61,232 nt of DNA from Acutalibacteraceae bacterium (lineage in GTDB: Bacteria; Bacillota; Clostridia; Oscillospirales; Acutalibacteraceae), in NCBI GenBank assembly GCA_045531145.1, contig JAZSDM010000007.1, positions 1-61,232 on the forward strand, given 5' to 3'. Below the pieces are notes generated by a model, which made no database searches, was not told the DNA's origin, and saw only the letters and a list, made by a program, of their open reading frames with translations. The position numbers and the translations under genes were made by a program. Below, piece after piece: positions 58,619 through 61,232 of the stretch (its first letter is position 1; every line of letters starts with the position of its first letter).

Positions 58619-60295
58619 ATGGCTTTCTTATCAGATATTGAAATTGCGCAAAACTGTAAAATGAAACCTATTACCGAAATTGCAAAAAAGGCAGGTATTG
58701 AACCTGAATATCTGGAGCAGTACGGCAACTACAAAGCAAAAATTGACCTTTCTTTAATGAAAGACAGCAAAAAAGAAAACGGCAAACTTATTCTTGTGAC
58801 TGCAATTACCCCTACACCTGCCGGTGAGGGTAAAACAACCACAACAATAGGTCTTGCTGACGGTCTTAACAGAATTGGTAAGAATGTATGTGTTGCTTTG
58901 CGTGAACCTTCTTTAGGACCTGTTTTCGGTGTTAAAGGCGGTGCTGCAGGCGGCGGTTATGCACAGGTTGTTCCTATGGAAGACATTAATCTCCACTTTA
59001 CAGGTGACTTCCACGCAATAGGTGCTGCAAACAATTTACTTGCAGCTATGCTTGATAATCATATTCATCAAGGTAATAAATTAGGTATTGACGTTCGTAA
59101 AATCACTTGGAAGCGCTGTGTAGATATGAATGACCGTCAATTACGCTATGTTACTGACGGTCTTGGCGGTAAAGTCAACGGTGTTCCCCGTGAGGATGGT
59201 TTTGATATTACTGTTGCAAGCGAAATTATGGCTGTTCTTTGTTTGGCAAGTGATATTACTGACCTTAAGGAACGTCTTTCAAGAATAATTGTAGGCTACA
59301 CTTACGATGATAAACCTGTTACTTGCGGTCAATTAAATGCACAAGGCGCTATGACTGCACTTTTAAAGGATGCAATTAAGCCTAATTTAGTACAGACTTT
59401 AGAAGGCACACCTGCCCTTGTTCACGGCGGACCGTTTGCTAATATTGCGCACGGATGTAACAGTGTTACTGCTACAAAAATGGCATTAAAACTTGCCGAT
59501 TATGCTATTACAGAGGCAGGTTTTGGAGCTGACTTGGGTGCAGAAAAATTCCTTGATATTAAGTGCCGTATGGCTGGTTTAACACCATCCGCAGTTGTAT
59601 TAGTTGCAACTGTCAGAGCACTTAAAATGCACGGCGGACTTGCTAAGACAGAACTTGCAAACGAAAATATAGAAGCATTGGAAAAAGGTATTCCAAACCT
59701 TTTAAAACACGTATCCAACATTAAGGATGTTTACAAACTCCCTTGTGTTGTTGCGGTTAACCGTTTCCCCACTGATACCGATAATGAAATTGACTTTATT
59801 ATTAAAAAATGCAAAGAATTGGGTGTTAATGTAATACTTTCTGATGTTTGGGCAAAAGGCGGCGAAGGCGGCATAGAACTCGCTCGTGAAGTTGTTCGTC
59901 TTTGCGAAGAAGAAAAAGGCGATTTCACCTATTCTTACGAATTAGATACCACCATTGAAGAAAAAATTGATGCTATAGTTCGTAAAATTTACGGCGGTGA
60001 CGGTGTTATATTTACACCTAATGCTAAAAAGCAAATCGCAGCTTTAGCAGAACTTGGATTTTCAAACTGCCCTGTTTGTATGGCTAAAACACAGTACAGT
60101 TTTTCGGATGATCCATCTAAATTAGGCGCACCTTCAGGCTTTAAAGTTACTGTTAAAAATGTTAAAATTTCAGCAGGTGCAGGATTTATTGTTGTCCTTA
60201 CCGGTGATATTATGACAATGCCTGGTCTCCCTAAAGTTCCCGCTGCAGAACGAATTGATGTTGACGAAAACGGCATTATTTCAGGACTTTTCTAA
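58619..60295 (+). CDS. fhs: formate--tetrahydrofolate ligase
   Basis: 558 aa; P-loop [13 protein letters not shown]. Confidence 0.97.
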   Translation: MAFLSDIEIAQNCKMKPITEIAKKAGIEPEYLEQYGNYKAKIDLSLMKDSKKENGKLILVTAITPTPAGEGKTTTTIGLADGLNRIGKNVCVALREPSLGPVFGVKGGAAGGGYAQVVPMEDINLHFTGDFHAIGAANNLLAAMLDNHIHQGNKLGIDVRKITWKRCVDMNDRQLRYVTDGLGGKVNGVPREDGFDITVASEIMAVLCLASDITDLKERLSRIIVGYTYDDKPVTCGQLNAQGAMTALLKDAIKPNLVQTLEGTPALVHGGPFANIAHGCNSVTATKMALKLADYAITEAGFGADLGAEKFLDIKCRMAGLTPSAVVLVATVRALKMHGGLAKTELANENIEALEKGIPNLLKHVSNIKDVYKLPCVVAVNRFPTDTDNEIDFIIKKCKELGVNVILSDVWAKGGEGGIELAREVVRLCEEEKGDFTYSYELDTTIEEKIDAIVRKIYGGDGVIFTPNAKKQIAALAELGFSNCPVCMAKTQYSFSDDPSKLGAPSGFKVTVKNVKISAGAGFIVVLTGDIMTMPGLPKVPAAERIDVDENGIISGLF

Positions 60296-60299
60296 AATT

Positions 60300-60332
60300 A
60301 AAAGAGGTAAGCAAATCGCTTACCTCTTAATT
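60300..60332. terminator. bidirectional rho-independent terminator
   Basis: AAAAGAGGTAAGC-AAAT-CGCTTACCTCTTAATTTT. Confidence 0.8.
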
Positions 60333-61073
60333 TTATTTTATTAATGCACTAATAAGTTTTTTATTCTTAGCAAAGAATGGTGCGAAATTTTCAAAAGAAC
60401 TTAAGAAATGCTTATTATCAATTAACATTTCTTTGATTGAAGCAGTAACCTTTTCGTTTTTATAAGCGGCGGCTACTAAAACTGCAACTAAGGTATTTAC
60501 AGTATCTTTATCGCCTTTTACATAAACATCTTCCGCAACATCATAAAACTTTTTAATCTGTTTTTTGGTACCTTCTTCAAAAAGACGGATAAGTCGCGGT
60601 ACTAAATGTTCGCCGAAGAAATTTAAATAAAGGAAATTACCGTATATCGCAATATGGTTTTTATATTCTTCCTTAAGGGCGGGAAAAATATCCAACATCT
60701 TTTTAGCAAGTGAAGATATATTCATTGTATCCCCTTTTGCCGCTGTTGGTAAATCAATGATTGCATTAGCAAGTCTTGTGCGTTTAACACCAAATTCCTT
60801 GCGAAGTGATGTAGCAAAATCTATACCAACGCTCGCCGCATCCTTAGCATTCTGACTGTCATCAAATAACCAAGCATTAATTTCGGTAAATTCACCGATA
60901 TTACCGTCAGTAATATCCGCAATAGACAATGTATACATTTGTCGTGCATCATCATATTTAACCGAAATCGCTTTATTTTTATTTGCAAAAATATCGCCCT
61001 GAGGCTTAATAGCTTTTTCTTCAAAGAACGGATTAAGTTCGCTGATTACATTTTCTAAATATCTGTTATCCAA
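60333..61073 (-). CDS. hypothetical protein (246 aa)
   Basis: Intact ORF between a terminator and an AT-rich promoter region. No family recognised. Confidence 0.6.
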   Translation of the reverse strand: MDNRYLENVISELNPFFEEKAIKPQGDIFANKNKAISVKYDDARQMYTLSIADITDGNIGEFTEINAWLFDDSQNAKDAASVGIDFATSLRKEFGVKRTRLANAIIDLPTAAKGDTMNISSLAKKMLDIFPALKEEYKNHIAIYGNFLYLNFFGEHLVPRLIRLFEEGTKKQIKKFYDVAEDVYVKGDKDTVNTLVAVLVAAAYKNEKVTASIKEMLIDNKHFLSSFENFAPFFAKNKKLISALIK

Positions 61074-61192
61074 TTAAAATTCACATCCAAAATTAAATAT
61101 ATAACACATTATACAACATTTAAACCGATTTGTCTATTGTAAAATACAAATTTTTAAAGTATAATAAATTTAATAACTTTGGGAGTTTTATT

Positions 61193-61232
61193 ATGAATCT
61201 TGCGAACATTAAAACTATAGAATCAATCTTAA
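61193..61232 (+). CDS. 5' end of an unidentified gene (runs off the window)
   Basis: GGGAG 8 nt upstream of the ATG. TTGTAA-17-TATAAT promoter at 61137-61165. Only 13 codons are visible. Confidence 0.3.
   Translation, partial: MNLANIKTIESIL

Overview
AT-rich Firmicutes (Clostridia-type, spore-former) chromosome segment, almost fully coding. All non-CDS coordinates were counted by hand, so treat them as +/-2 nt. Minus-strand core blocks: rbr, tyrS, then the conserved recN-argR-nadK-tlyA-dxs-ispA-xseBA-nusB string (1-11.5 kb). Next is a complete his operon (hisZGDCBHAF-IE) headed by a TrpR-like YerC/YecD gene (11.6-19.3 kb). A yybP-ykoY (Mn2+) riboswitch precedes a beta-CASP hydrolase / LOG / P-type ATPase operon (19.4-24.6 kb), followed by an envelope-modification cluster (24.6-28.3 kb). 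The plus-strand half has ogg, a THF riboswitch with folT, groESL (minus), and an 11-gene ZTP-riboswitch-controlled purine/one-carbon operon (purE-C-F-M-N, purO-like, purH, glyA, purD, purL, fhs; 46-60 kb). The most unusual region is 28.6-37.7 kb. The sporulation protease gene spoIVB is intact, but two 5'-truncated copies of its 3' end lie downstream in the same orientation. All three copies lose similarity at the same nucleotide, inside the GMSGSP active-site motif. Each fragment abuts the same conserved ~155-bp module: a palindromic core, two direct 16-20-mers and a hairpin. This looks like two recombinase-less cargo islands stacked at one attachment site. One island (~5.7 kb) carries an AraC regulator, a short glycyl-radical enzyme, a serine hydrolase and an activase. 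The other (~3.3 kb) carries two zinc-ribbon membrane proteins. No integrase, transposase or CRISPR array was seen anywhere in the window.
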